This document shows, in pieces, positions 20,126 through 30,776 of a stretch of 64,000 bases of DNA (position 1 is its first letter; the number at the start of each line of letters is the position of its first letter). The position numbers and the translations under genes were made by a program. Below the pieces are notes generated by a model. The model was not told the DNA's origin. It ran no database searches and saw only the letters and a list, made by a program, of their open reading frames with translations. Origin of the DNA: an uncultured Acidimicrobiia bacterium (GTDB lineage: Bacteria; Acidobacteriota; Terriglobia; Versatilivoradales; Versatilivoraceae). The stretch is from assembly GCA_963791795.1 (NCBI GenBank), contig CAWBTP010000015.1:42822-106821 (forward strand), read 5' to 3'.

Positions 20126-20839
20126 TTAGGCATAATGCCTGGGCCCAAAAATAGCCATTCCGATCCGAACGAGCGTTGCACCTTCCTCAATGGCCACGTG
20201 AAAGTCGTGACTCATTCCCATCGAAAGCTCTTTCATGGAAACCCCGGTCAGCCGCTGGCTTTGAATGCGCTGCGCCAACTCTCGCAGCCGCACAAAGTAA
20301 GGCCGAGAGTCTTCGGGGGCTTCGGAATAGGGTGGAATCGCCATCAACCCTCGAACATCCAGATGGGTAAAGGCAGAAAGCTGGCTTGTAAACTCAACAG
20401 CCTCTTCCTCAACAATCCCCGACTTGCTGACCTCCATTCCAACATTTACCTGAATCAGAACCGGTAATCGCTTGTTGAGCCGTTCGCATGCTCGATCGAG
20501 CTTTGCAGCCAGCTCAAGATCGTCGAGCGATTCAATCCAATCGAAAACTTCGGCCGCCCGGTTGGCTTTGTTTTTCTGCAGCGACCCGATAAGGTGCCAT
20601 TCGGCGGAATCGCCCAATAGAGGCTGCTTCGAAGTCGCCTCCTGCACCTTGTTCTCGCCAAGAACGGTCGCTCCAGCCGCTATCGCTTGTCGGATGGCTT
20701 CGACGCCAACCATCTTGGACACTGCCACCAACCTTACAGAATCTCTCGACCGCCCTGCCTTTTGCGCGGCTCGCTCAATACTGTCAAGAACATGTCGCAG
20801 GTTGGTTTGGACGTCGATAGAATCAATCGGGGATCCCAT
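20126..20839 (-). CDS. yggS: YggS family pyridoxal-phosphate homeostasis protein (PLPBP)
   Basis: ..VRLVAVSKMVGVEAIRQAIAAGATVLGENKVQE.. alanine-racemase-N-terminal-fold single-domain protein, 237 aa. Confidence 0.9.
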   Translation of the reverse strand: MGSPIDSIDVQTNLRHVLDSIERAAQKAGRSRDSVRLVAVSKMVGVEAIRQAIAAGATVLGENKVQEATSKQPLLGDSAEWHLIGSLQKNKANRAAEVFDWIESLDDLELAAKLDRACERLNKRLPVLIQVNVGMEVSKSGIVEEEAVEFTSQLSAFTHLDVRGLMAIPPYSEAPEDSRPYFVRLRELAQRIQSQRLTGVSMKELSMGMSHDFHVAIEEGATLVRIGMAIFGPRHYA

Positions 20840-21119
20840 TCACCATCGGCTTTCACGTACCTTGAATACACTAGGTCGCGTTTCGTAAAGTGCGCGAAAT
20901 CTTACATCACGTCAAGGTGCTTTTTCAAAACCGCCCGTGCACTGAACAATGTTCCTGTTCGGCACATCTGTTCAGGATTTTTCCATCCCAACAGGACGAC
21001 CGACCAAAGCGAACCGATTCGAGAAAGATTGCACAGGATCCGCGAGTTCGGACCAGTCTGCGTTGTCTTTGTGGCAGGCTAGCCGATTGCCACCCTGCAG
21101 GCGTTTGGTGTGTTCCGGC

Positions 21120-22430
21120 TTAGAGGCTCATTCCTTGCTTTGGCCGAACCCCGGCTACGAGCGCTGCTGAAACCGCGAAGCATGAGGAAAGAAAAAACAC
21201 CACGTCACGATGGGAGTAGCCGTTCGTGAGCAAATAGCCAACGATGGACGGTCCAAGGAAGGATCCCACGCTGTTCACCATATTAATAAGGCCGATTGAT
21301 GCCGCCGCAGCCGATTCACTCAGGATCAAGCTCGGGATCACCCAGAAGGAGACCCCCCACGAAAACGCGGCCGCACCTGTGACGCAAAGCAGAGCCAGCA
21401 CCCATGGAAACGGAAGGCCGGGAACAGCGCTGAGTGCAAAAAACACTGCGGCCAGTATGAGCGGAATGATCGTATGAATCCTCCGCTTGCCGGTGCGGTC
21501 GGAAGATCGAGCGGCCATCGGGATTGTCAGCATGGCGAGCCCAAATGGCAAAGCCGAACAAATCGTCGACACAGTAACCGAGAGCCCAGAGACATTGCGA
21601 ATTGTTGTTGGCAGCCACAGCAGGAAGGCAAACATTGAAAGGTTGGCGAAGGCACAGGCAAAGGCCAGGAGCAAGACGTTTCGCTGTTTCAATCCCTGAG
21701 TCACTGTCAAGTGCCCAACACGGCGGAGCGCCTGCTTCTCGTCCTCCAGGCGCGACCCAATCCATTCCTGCTCATCAGGTTCAAGCCACCTGGCCTGGCG
21801 GGGATGATCCGTCAGGAAGAAGACAATGATCACTCCAAAAACTACTGCAGGCAGACCTTCAAGAATGAACATCCACCGCCATCCGGCCAGTCCAAACCAG
21901 TCGGCCTGTAGAATTAGTGCCGAAATGGGGGCACCAATGACGAGCGAAGCAGGAGCAGCCATGGTGAATCCAGCCATCGCCTTGGCCCGGTCTTCCTTGG
22001 CAAACCAGTGGGAGAGATACACTACAACTCCCGGGAAAAAGCCGCCCTCCGCAATTCCCAGTAAACAGCGCGTGACGTAAAACTGGTTGGCTGTGTGGAC
22101 AAAGCCAACCAGGACAGTACACATTCCCCAGGTGATCATGATGCGCGCCAGCCAGATTTTCGCGCTCCATCTCTCGACGATTAACGCTCCGGGGATTTCC
22201 AAGACGATGTATCCCACGAAAAAAATCCCGGCTCCCAGCCCGAAGACCGCCTCTGAAAAACCCAGGTCGGCCGACATCGGCAGCTTTGCAAATGCAACGT
22301 TGGCGCGATCAAGATAGGCAATGATGTAGAGGACAAAAAGGAAAGGAACGATTCGGCGAAATGTCTTCCGGCGAACCCGGTCGGCAAGCTCAACGTTCGT
22401 CGCAGGGGATGAAACCGCTTGGTTTCGCAT
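21120..22430 (-). CDS. MFS transporter (anion:cation symporter-like)
   Basis: 12-TM MFS with YLDRANVAFA motif in TM1-2 loop. Start moved to ATG 22430 (MRNQ..); the first 31 codons of the track ORF look non-coding. Confidence 0.85.
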   Translation of the reverse strand: MRNQAVSSPATNVELADRVRRKTFRRIVPFLFVLYIIAYLDRANVAFAKLPMSADLGFSEAVFGLGAGIFFVGYIVLEIPGALIVERWSAKIWLARIMITWGMCTVLVGFVHTANQFYVTRCLLGIAEGGFFPGVVVYLSHWFAKEDRAKAMAGFTMAAPASLVIGAPISALILQADWFGLAGWRWMFILEGLPAVVFGVIIVFFLTDHPRQARWLEPDEQEWIGSRLEDEKQALRRVGHLTVTQGLKQRNVLLLAFACAFANLSMFAFLLWLPTTIRNVSGLSVTVSTICSALPFGLAMLTIPMAARSSDRTGKRRIHTIIPLILAAVFFALSAVPGLPFPWVLALLCVTGAAAFSWGVSFWVIPSLILSESAAAASIGLINMVNSVGSFLGPSIVGYLLTNGYSHRDVVFFLSSCFAVSAALVAGVRPKQGMSL

Positions 22431-22767
22431 GAAGAGAAGTCCTGACGCGACGCAAGGTCCGGAAGCTGACGCCACCGACAAGAGGAGTCGCAACAAATGG
22501 CGCTGTTGTATCAAGTCGTTCAATCTGGCCGTATGAGATCAAATTATCGAAGGCTTCGCCATTTTCTTTCAGGACTGCCCATGTCCAACAGGCGTCCGTT
22601 CGGGGTGGACTTCGTGCAGCGACCGCAAGCAGCGCGGGCGTCGATGTTGAGGCGTGATAAACTTTCACCTCTTACGATTCCAGGCATGCGCGAACGCTTG
22701 GCCGATGTCAGACGCATTGCTGGCATCGTCTAGCCGGATTCAAGCCACTTGTCGAAAAGGGGACTCT

Positions 22768-23853
22768 ATGAAACTGGGTCTGTTCATGATGCCAGTGCAC
22801 CCCCCGGAAAAACCACGAACCCAATGTTTCGAAGAAGACATCGAGTTGATTGTCCGGGCAGAAGACCTGGGGTTCACTGAAGCCTGGATCGGCCAGCATC
22901 ACACTGTGGCATGGGAACCGATTCCCTCGAATGATGTTTTCATCGCCAACGTCTTCCCCAGAACTCGAACCATTCGTTTGGGTCCGGGCGTGACAATCAT
23001 TCCACAGCATCACCCGGCAAATGTTGCAGTACGCCTCGCCCTCCTTGATCACCTCTCACACGGGCGATTGAACTGCGCCTTTGGCCAAGGGGGTGTCCCA
23101 ACAGATCACGAACTATTCGGATTGCCGGACGCTCAAACTCAGGGGCTCATGACTTTGGAAGGAATCGATATGGTCCTCAAACTGTGGCAGGCTGAAGCCC
23201 CGTTTGAATTCAAGGGACAATTCTGGAACTTGAAGGTCACCAATGCGAATGCAGAATTGGGAATAGGACAGATGCTCAAGCCGTATCAGCAACCCCATCC
23301 TCCAATCGCGATGAGTGTGATTAAGAGCAATTCGATGGCGGCACGCCTCGCAGGACAGCGAGGATACCTTCCTATAAGTTCCAGCCTGGTACCCGTCCCT
23401 ACAGTGACCGAACATTGGAAAACGTATGCCTCAGCTGCACAAGAGGCGGGGCGAACCACCCCGCCTCGTTCCAACTGGCGCGTGTCGCGGAGCATTTACG
23501 TCGGCGAGTCCAACGCAGAAGCCCGCAAGCATGCAGTGTCAGGAACCTTTGGCAGATCATTCGAGTACATCCGCACCATCATAAAATCGCTGAACATGCT
23601 GAATATCCTGAAGCACAACTCTCAGGTGGCGGATGAGGAGGTGACTTTGGACTACTTGCTGAAGCACCTGTGTATCATTGGCGATCCCGACAGTTGTATC
23701 CGTCAGTTACTCGAAGTGTGGGAACAGACAGGGGGGTTCGGGACTTTGCTGATGACGACGCATGATTGGGATGACAAGGACAAGTGGGTGCGGTCGATGG
23801 AACTCCTAGCCAGAGAGGTACTCCCAGCTTTGCCGGCAACTTATGATTCCTAA
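22768..23853 (+). CDS. LLM-class flavin-dependent oxidoreductase (luciferase-like monooxygenase)
   Basis: MKLGLFMMPVHPP..EDLGFTEAWIGQHH N-terminus typical of LLM family. ATG 22768 has AAAGGGGA 8 nt upstream; the upstream part of the track ORF was rejected. Confidence 0.8.
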   Translation: MKLGLFMMPVHPPEKPRTQCFEEDIELIVRAEDLGFTEAWIGQHHTVAWEPIPSNDVFIANVFPRTRTIRLGPGVTIIPQHHPANVAVRLALLDHLSHGRLNCAFGQGGVPTDHELFGLPDAQTQGLMTLEGIDMVLKLWQAEAPFEFKGQFWNLKVTNANAELGIGQMLKPYQQPHPPIAMSVIKSNSMAARLAGQRGYLPISSSLVPVPTVTEHWKTYASAAQEAGRTTPPRSNWRVSRSIYVGESNAEARKHAVSGTFGRSFEYIRTIIKSLNMLNILKHNSQVADEEVTLDYLLKHLCIIGDPDSCIRQLLEVWEQTGGFGTLLMTTHDWDDKDKWVRSMELLAREVLPALPATYDS

Positions 23854-24086
23854 GAATAAGGACAACCATGCACGACGCCAACTCCCCTCCTCAGTCGAGA
23901 GGGGATGCAATGGCCACGGGCCATTGCGGAGTGGTCCATCCGAGTCGCGGATCCAACCACCCCGCGCTGGCTTCCACCAGCGCTGCCTCTCCTTGTCCTA
24001 GGAGGGGAGTCATCTCTGGATGGCCTTCAGTTACATCGCTCCGTCGAGGACCGGGATCTCGATCCAACCGCATGATTCTGGCTTCC

Positions 24087-24875
24087 TCACCGACTCGTCC
24101 TCGCGCGTATGTACTCTTCCATGCGCGCCAGCACCTCGGAGGCACCTCTCAGCATGAACGAATAGTCGCCGCCCATCTGAATCCACTGCACTCCTTTTTT
24201 CACCCATTTTCCGGCAATCTCCGGATCATCTCCACCGCCCATGCCAACGAGTACGTCGGTTTTGCGAGCTTTCCGGACGACCTCTTCAACAACTCGCTCG
24301 ATTTCAGGATGGTCCCACTGGCCGGTGTAGCCCATGGAAGCTGAGAGATCGGCTCGTCCAATCGCGATGCCGGATAAGCCTGGCACGGCGAGAATTCCGT
24401 CCAGATTCTCCACGGCATCTCGATGTTCGATTTGAACCATAACCAGGATCTCTTCATTCGCTTTCCGGAAAAAATCGACGTCTAACGACCTCCCGTAGTT
24501 TGAAGCCCGACGGGGGCCAATTCCGCGAATTCCTTGAGGTGGATACCGACACGCTTGAACGGCCAGGGTAGCCTCTTGCACCGATCGAACCATGGGAATG
24601 ATGATGCCAGCTGCCCCGATGTCCAACACGGGCTTGATCAGGATGGGGTCATTGGCACGAACCCTCACCAGGGGCACCGTTCGGCTGCCTTTGGTCGCGA
24701 TGATGTGAGCCTGGACGGCCTCCAACGAAAGAGCATTGTGCTCCATGTCGATCCAGACAAAGTCGAGCAGGTCACAGAGGGCTTCGGTCGCGGTTGCATC
24801 GGTGAACGTGATCCCTGTTCCAATGCAGACGCCACCTTTTCTGATCTTCTCAACAAACCTTTTTGAGCTTTCCAT
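24087..24875 (-). CDS. HpcH/HpaI family 2-keto-3-deoxy-acid aldolase
   Basis: ..DFVWIDMEHNALSLEA..GIIIPMVRS..YPPQGIRG.. HpcH/HpaI aldolase signatures. AGGAG sits 6 nt before the second ATG (24875), so MESSKRF.. is taken as the start. Confidence 0.85.
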   Translation of the reverse strand: MESSKRFVEKIRKGGVCIGTGITFTDATATEALCDLLDFVWIDMEHNALSLEAVQAHIIATKGSRTVPLVRVRANDPILIKPVLDIGAAGIIIPMVRSVQEATLAVQACRYPPQGIRGIGPRRASNYGRSLDVDFFRKANEEILVMVQIEHRDAVENLDGILAVPGLSGIAIGRADLSASMGYTGQWDHPEIERVVEEVVRKARKTDVLVGMGGGDDPEIAGKWVKKGVQWIQMGGDYSFMLRGASEVLARMEEYIRARTSR

Positions 24876-24927
24876 GGACATCTCCTATGGATTCTGAACC
24901 TTCACTCCACAACCAAGCCGCGGCGCC

Positions 24928-25995
24928 TTAGTTTGATCCCGAACCTTTCGACCAGGCAACCCCCAGGGTCGCAGCACATTCACAGACCTGGTCCCAAGTT
25001 CGTGGATCTATGGGAATCCCCAAAGCGCTGCGTTCCTGAAGGACGCGAAAATCCAATTCCCCCGGAAGAGTGATCTCATGATGATTCCCGTCCGGTGGAC
25101 AAGATTTCACATAGTCCCTCAGCTCATGGGCCAGCGTCGCAAATGCGGCTGACGGCAAGAAAGCCTCCACGTTGACAACGATGAGGCAGAGACCGTTGCC
25201 CGGCAGCGGTTGAACCGAACTTGTTCCTGCGATCAATCCGCCCAACGTTTCCACCAGCAGGCCGAGCGCAAAGCCCCGGTAGCCCAGTTCACCGCCGAAT
25301 GGCAGAATGGCTCCTCGCGGTGGGCCGTAGAAATCGGCGGCATCGATGCTCGGATTCCCCGCTGCATCGACGATCCATCCCGCCGGCAATGGCTTCTTCT
25401 GATTCAGATAGAGTCTGAGTTTTCCCTCTGGAGTCTGTGCCGTTGAGAAATCGCCCAGAATGGGCGGCTCTGCTCCGCAGGGTACTGCGAAAGACATGGG
25501 ATTGGTGGAGAGACGCCCTTCCCGCCCTCCCCAGGGGGCAACGAAGTGGCCATCTCCCGGCGGAGAGTTGCAAAACCCGAGGGCAATGAATCCCTGCTCC
25601 GCGGCCGCCTGAGTGTAAGCTCCCAGACGACCCGCGTGACCGCAGCGTTTTGTTACCACGATGGAAATGTTGTGACTCCGCGCTTTCTCCATCGCACACT
25701 GAAGCGCGCGGTAGCCTCCAACTTGGCCGAAGTTCCAGCCGCAGTCGACGATAGCCGTCGTGTCTGTTTGATGGTGCAGAGTGACGGGAGCGCCAGGAAC
25801 AACTCTGCCATTTCTAGCGTCCGCAACGTATTGGCAGACGCGAATGACTCCGTGCGAGTCGTACCCCATCAGGTTTGCCTGAACCAAATGCCCGGAGACC
25901 AAACCCGCTTCTTCAGCTGGCGATCCGGTGGCGACAAAGACCTGCCTTGTGAATTCTTTCAATTGGCTTGCGTCAACGCGTAGCGCTTCAGACAT
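24928..25995 (-). CDS. Ldh_2 family (malate/L-lactate/ureidoglycolate/sulfolactate dehydrogenase-type) oxidoreductase
   Basis: 355 aa. ..MGYDSHGVIR..HAGRLG.. motifs of the PF02615 family. Lies 52 nt upstream of the aldolase on the same strand. Confidence 0.85.
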   Translation of the reverse strand: MSEALRVDASQLKEFTRQVFVATGSPAEEAGLVSGHLVQANLMGYDSHGVIRVCQYVADARNGRVVPGAPVTLHHQTDTTAIVDCGWNFGQVGGYRALQCAMEKARSHNISIVVTKRCGHAGRLGAYTQAAAEQGFIALGFCNSPPGDGHFVAPWGGREGRLSTNPMSFAVPCGAEPPILGDFSTAQTPEGKLRLYLNQKKPLPAGWIVDAAGNPSIDAADFYGPPRGAILPFGGELGYRGFALGLLVETLGGLIAGTSSVQPLPGNGLCLIVVNVEAFLPSAAFATLAHELRDYVKSCPPDGNHHEITLPGELDFRVLQERSALGIPIDPRTWDQVCECAATLGVAWSKGSGSN

Positions 25996-26217
25996 AGCTC
26001 AAGAACTCCAGCCGGTAAAGGTGCGAAAGAATTCCCCCTTAGTCAAAGGGGGCGGCGGCGCAGCCGCCCCGGGGGTTGTCTTCCAAATTAGGAAAGCCTG
26101 AGCGCATCGCATCTGTGATGCAGCCACAATCTTCCCGGAGTTCTGGCTTCCCAAACAACTCCGCGCCTACAGATCTGTCCCGCCCTCTTCGAGGGGTTTC
26201 GCAACAGCAGGCTCCGA

Positions 26218-27513
26218 TCAGTCGACGAGCTTTCTGGCCTGGCCAAAGCAGAGGTAGGCCAGAAACCCTACTGTACATACCGACGCCGCCAACCAGAAAG
26301 CGGCGGGCCAGCCCGACACTTTCACGACATATCCGGTGACAACCGGCACCAGAATTCCTGAGAAATTGGCGACGCAATTCTGGAAGCCGACGACTGTACC
26401 TGCGTAACGGGGCGTCATGTCCAGCGACCCGCTGGCGATCACAGGATAAGCACCGCTCGCCAGTCCGGCAGCGAGGCAGAGGAGGAAGACGATCATCACG
26501 GGATGCGTTGCCAGCGGAATCAGCAACAACGCTACCGCAGCCATGATAAAGGGAATGAGAGACAGCTTGCGAACCCGGGTGCGATCATGACGCTGCGAGT
26601 ACTTGTCGTTCATTGTTGCAAAAACATTTCCGCCGACGACGATTGAAAGAAAAGGTAGAGAGGAGCCCACGGCCATGTTCGACAGTGAAAAGTGACGTTC
26701 TGCCAGAAGGTAGGTCGGGAGCCAGGATAAGAGGAGGTAGGTAATCCAATTGAACGAGAAATGAAGAGTCGTAACAGCATACACTGCCGGCAGAGCCAGA
26801 ATCTTTTTCCAAGGAACGCGCGCAACTTTTTGGAGCTCGGGGCGCCCGTCCACGATGTGCGCCAGTTCCGCCTCGGAGACACCTTTAGAGGCTGCAGGAT
26901 TGTCTGTGACTCCAATGATCCAGAAGGGAAGCCAGAGTGCTCCCAGGCAGGCAAATGAGAAAAATACGGCTTGCCATCCCCAAAAGTTCAGAACGGCAGA
27001 GGCCAGAGGAAATGCCAGGATCGCCCCGGCGCTTCCTCCACTCCAGCCGAAAACCGTCGCACGCGAGTATTCATGGCGCGGAAACCAACGCACCAGAATG
27101 CTGTTGATGCAGGGAATGACGCCGCTCTGGCCCAGGCCCACCAGAATTCGCACAATCGCCATTCCGATCAGAGAACCGGGCAAAGGGGTGAGGGCAGTGA
27201 AGAGAGACCACCAGGCAACAGAAAAGCCAAGCACCCACTTCGGGCTGTACCGGTCTGCTAAAGCGCCAACCGGCACCATCAGCAATGCATAACCGATGTA
27301 GAAGCCGGAGAGCACCCAGCCCATCTGAACTGTATCCCAACTCCTCTCTTTCATGAGGATTGGAGCAGCCACCGCGATATTGATACGATCGGCCAGACCG
27401 ACCACCATCGCTAGAAAAGAGAGCAGCGCCAAATCGATCCGCTTCGGCCAGGGCAGCCGCCGGACGAAAGGAATGCTGAGGGCCTTTTCTTGCTGCGCAT
27501 GAAGAAGGGGCAT
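26218..27513 (-). CDS. MFS transporter
   Basis: 431 aa, 12 TM, ..LADRINIAVAAPIL.. MFS motif. First gene of the minus-strand MFS–Ldh_2–aldolase operon. Confidence 0.85.
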   Translation of the reverse strand: MPLLHAQQEKALSIPFVRRLPWPKRIDLALLSFLAMVVGLADRINIAVAAPILMKERSWDTVQMGWVLSGFYIGYALLMVPVGALADRYSPKWVLGFSVAWWSLFTALTPLPGSLIGMAIVRILVGLGQSGVIPCINSILVRWFPRHEYSRATVFGWSGGSAGAILAFPLASAVLNFWGWQAVFFSFACLGALWLPFWIIGVTDNPAASKGVSEAELAHIVDGRPELQKVARVPWKKILALPAVYAVTTLHFSFNWITYLLLSWLPTYLLAERHFSLSNMAVGSSLPFLSIVVGGNVFATMNDKYSQRHDRTRVRKLSLIPFIMAAVALLLIPLATHPVMIVFLLCLAAGLASGAYPVIASGSLDMTPRYAGTVVGFQNCVANFSGILVPVVTGYVVKVSGWPAAFWLAASVCTVGFLAYLCFGQARKLVD

Positions 27514-27862
27514 ATTGGGGAACCATCAGCCGGCAACCCGGGAAATCGCGAGAGTGGAAGTCTGGAGAATCGCAACTGACCACGGGCACGGCCGTGGTTA
27601 CCGCCTGACCGGGACACTCCGTCGAACCTGAAGAAGTCCACGAACGCTAGTTCAGCGGAACTCCCTTGTCAAGCTCAACGTCTCCAGGACAACCTCCGAG
27701 AAAATTCTTGACAGACCTCGAGTGCAAACTCAATCTCTCAATTTCTTGAGGGATTTTGACCTGAGAGTATCTGACACAGGAGTGCCTGGCTTCTGTCGCT
27801 ATTCGACCGCTGGACTCGGCGTTTGCAACCTCTGAACAGTGTGGAAACCTTGGGGGATTGAA

Positions 27863-28864
27863 ATGAAGAAGCTGACACCCGCTCTACTGATCCTAACGAC
27901 ACTCGGAATCTGGCTGAGCTCGCCGTACGGGGCGGTTCAAGCGGGGCAGATTCCGAGAGCGCGCCTCGCGACGAAAGACATTGAAGAGATGATGACAACT
28001 CTCTCGAATTGGGGTCGGTGGGGAAAAGACGATCAGCTAGGAACGCTCAACCTCATCACCAAAGAGAAGAGAAAACGGGCCGCAGCGCTTGTGAAGGATG
28101 GAGAATCCATTTCCCTCGCCAGGGAACTGGCAGAAAGCCAGCCGGGCGGGGGTAAACCCTTTGAACACAAAATGACCTCAACCGGCCTCACGGCGGGCGC
28201 GATCAGTGCCGCAGATGTCTATTCCTTCAACTATCACGGCTACCTGCTGACCCACCTCGACGCGCTTTGCCATCTGTTTCACAGAGACCGGCTGTATAAC
28301 AACTTCTCTCAGGACCAGGTCACGGACAAGGGAGCGGGAAAGCTCTCTGTCACAAACATGAAGCATGGATTGTTTACTCGCGGTGTGCTGATAGACATAC
28401 CACGGCTGCTGAATGTGAAGTATCTCGAAGGGGGCCACGCCATCTATCCGGAGGATTTGGAAGCCTGGGAGAAGAAAGCTCGTGTCAAAGTCGAAAGTGG
28501 TGACGCCATCTTGATCCGAACAGGAAGCTGGGCCCGACGGCTTATTGAAACCGAAGAGGTCATTCAGCAGAAATTTGCAGGGCTGCATGCATCTTGCCTG
28601 CCTTGGCTGAAGAAGCGTGACGTGGCGGTTGTTGGCAGTGACTTGGCAACCGACGTCTTTCCTTCGGGAATCGAAGGCTTTGTTCTTCCCGTCCACTGGG
28701 TAGTGATTAACGCGATGGGAACGCCTATCCTGGATAATTGCGATTTTGAAGAGCTCAGCGAGGCGGCCACTAAGCGGAAGCGTTGGTCGTTCTTGCTGAC
28801 GGCTGCACCCCTCCCGGTTCGGGGAGGAACTGGATCTCCGCTCAATCCCATTGCGACGTTCTGA
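27863..28864 (+). CDS. secreted cyclase-family protein (kynurenine formamidase-like)
   Basis: ATG 27863 after GGGGGA. Signal peptide MKKLTPALLILTTLGIWLSSPYGAVQA. WGRWGKDDQLGTLNLIT.. and HxxxH-type motifs of PF04199. Confidence 0.75.
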   Translation: MKKLTPALLILTTLGIWLSSPYGAVQAGQIPRARLATKDIEEMMTTLSNWGRWGKDDQLGTLNLITKEKRKRAAALVKDGESISLARELAESQPGGGKPFEHKMTSTGLTAGAISAADVYSFNYHGYLLTHLDALCHLFHRDRLYNNFSQDQVTDKGAGKLSVTNMKHGLFTRGVLIDIPRLLNVKYLEGGHAIYPEDLEAWEKKARVKVESGDAILIRTGSWARRLIETEEVIQQKFAGLHASCLPWLKKRDVAVVGSDLATDVFPSGIEGFVLPVHWVVINAMGTPILDNCDFEELSEAATKRKRWSFLLTAAPLPVRGGTGSPLNPIATF

Positions 28865-28973
28865 AACACCGACACCGCAATACGCATGGCGGCGAGTCCC
28901 GCCGTTGTCGCGGAGAATCCCGTGACGTGTGCATCGGTGAAACGAAGTGGTTCCTGACCGACCTCTGACGAGA

Positions 28974-29798
28974 ATGATTGTTCACCTGATCGATGGCACC
29001 TACGAGCTGTTTCGTCACTTTTATGGGATCCGCCGGGCCAAGGGAGCCGATCCTCCTTATGGCGCGGTGGGAGGTGTGCTGGGTACAGTTGCTGAGATGA
29101 TCGAGGGCGGTGCGACGCACATTGGGGTCGCGACGGATCACGTTATCGAGTCGTTTCGCAACGACCTGTGGCCAGAGTACAAGACCAGCGACGGCATCGA
29201 ACCTGTGCTGCACGCACAGTTCGCTCCTCTCGAGGAGGCGCTTGCCGCGATGGGCGTGGCTGTTTGGCCGATGGTGGAACTGGAGGCCGATGACGCGCTC
29301 GCTTCCGCAGCTCACCTCGCAGCGCGGGACGTGGGTGTTCAGAAGGTATGCATCTGGACTCCAGATAAAGACCTCGCGCAATGTGTCGTTGACCAGCGCG
29401 TGGTGCAGATGGATCGCAGGAGCGGGCAGATTCGCGATGCCGCGGGTGTTTTGACCAAGTTCGGCGTGACGCCGGCACACATCCCTGACTATCTTGCCCT
29501 GGTGGGTGATGCCGCAGACGGCTATCCTGGAATTGCGGGCTACGGACCCAAGACAGCCGCCAGGCTGATAAACCGTTACGGACCGCTTGAGCAATTCCCT
29601 CCGGAGATTCTCAAAGACAACCTCGAACGGGCACTCCTCTTCAAGAGGCTCGCAACACTGCGAATCGACGCACCTCTTTTTGGCGACGCGGACGAATTGC
29701 GCTGGCAGCGAGCCACCGCGTCCTTTGAGTCTATGGCTGAGAAAATAGGGAGCCCACGTCTGGCAAAGCGCGTGCGCGATCTGGAGAAGCGATTGTAG
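28974..29798 (+). CDS. 5'-3' exonuclease (FEN-like PIN domain + H3TH)
   Basis: MIVHLIDGTYELFRHFY.. PIN-like N-terminus with acidic cluster. GYPGIAGYGPKTAARLI helix-3-turn-helix motif. The long antisense ORF 28842..29918 is rejected. Confidence 0.75.
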   Translation: MIVHLIDGTYELFRHFYGIRRAKGADPPYGAVGGVLGTVAEMIEGGATHIGVATDHVIESFRNDLWPEYKTSDGIEPVLHAQFAPLEEALAAMGVAVWPMVELEADDALASAAHLAARDVGVQKVCIWTPDKDLAQCVVDQRVVQMDRRSGQIRDAAGVLTKFGVTPAHIPDYLALVGDAADGYPGIAGYGPKTAARLINRYGPLEQFPPEILKDNLERALLFKRLATLRIDAPLFGDADELRWQRATASFESMAEKIGSPRLAKRVRDLEKRL

Positions 29799-30104
29799 GT
29801 GAGGACCGTACTTCGCTTGACGGTGCGGCGTGTCGACAACGATTCGTGACTGCTCAGATTCCGCTAGTGAGTACCTGCCCAGCGCAAGCTCTCCACAAAA
29901 CGTCATCACCGCTCTCACATTTGCTCATTTCACCGCCGTTATGGTCGCTCGCGCGGACGCGACAATGCGTGGCGCACAACGATCTCCTGGCCAGATAGCC
30001 GCCCCCGGTCAGTTTTGAACAGCACATGTTTTGGGTTCGGCTTATTGATAGAGGGACAGGCAGTTGCTTGCCTGCACGTTTCTATCAAGGAAAAGGAGTT
30101 ATCT

Positions 30105-30776
30105 ATGGCTGGTAAGAACACAGCAGTATTCGGAATCTATACGACCCGGCGTGGCGTGGAGAATGCTGTTGACTCGCTGAAGGCTGATGGATTCCGGAAC
30201 GCAGACATCTCAGTTCTGTTACCGGAGAATGAAGGCACAAAGGACTTCGCACACGAGAAGCAAACCAAGGCGCCTGAAGGGGCTGTGGCTGGAGCTGGCA
30301 CCGGCGCGGTGCTTGGTGGAACGCTGGGCTGGTTGACTGGGATCGGAGCATTGGCCATCCCGGGTCTGGGACCCTTTATTGCAGCCGGGCCTATTATGGC
30401 CGCCCTCGCGGGTGCAGGAGTGGGTGGCGCTCTCGGAGGAGTGACTGGCGCTTTGGTTGGAATGGGCATTCCCGAGTATGAGGCTAAGAGATACGAAGGC
30501 CGCATTAAAGACGGCGGCATTCTGCTCTCTGTCCACTGCGATGATTCGTCCTGGGTGAAGCGGGCCAAAAAGATCCTGGAACGGACCGGCGCAAACGACA
30601 TTTCGTCGGCAGGTGAAGCCAGTGCTGATTTTGCCAAGAGCGACAGGCCTGCTCCGCGGAGAGCTCAGCGTGCGGCGTCCAGCGTCACCAACTACAGCGG
30701 GGTTGAACGTCGGCAATTCGACCCGGACTATCGATACAATGGTGTTGAAAGACGTCATGAGGCACCGTATGTGTAA
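30105..30776 (+). CDS. general stress protein, Gsp17M/YflT-like domain with central glycine-zipper membrane segment
   Basis: ATG 30105 6 nt after AAAGGAG. N-terminal ..AVFGIYTTRRGVENAVDSLKADGFRNADISVL (YflT/DUF1269-like). Middle GTGAVLGGTLGWLTGIGALAIPGLGPFIAAGPIMAALAGAGVGGALGG glycine zipper. C-terminal second half-domain. Confidence 0.6.
   Translation: MAGKNTAVFGIYTTRRGVENAVDSLKADGFRNADISVLLPENEGTKDFAHEKQTKAPEGAVAGAGTGAVLGGTLGWLTGIGALAIPGLGPFIAAGPIMAALAGAGVGGALGGVTGALVGMGIPEYEAKRYEGRIKDGGILLSVHCDDSSWVKRAKKILERTGANDISSAGEASADFAKSDRPAPRRAQRAASSVTNYSGVERRQFDPDYRYNGVERRHEAPYV

Noticed and set aside
28842-29918. 358-aa minus-strand ORF
   Set aside because: Antisense to the 5'-3' exonuclease gene, whose PIN and H3TH (GYGPKTAARLI) motifs are unambiguous. 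The minus-strand product has no recognisable features.
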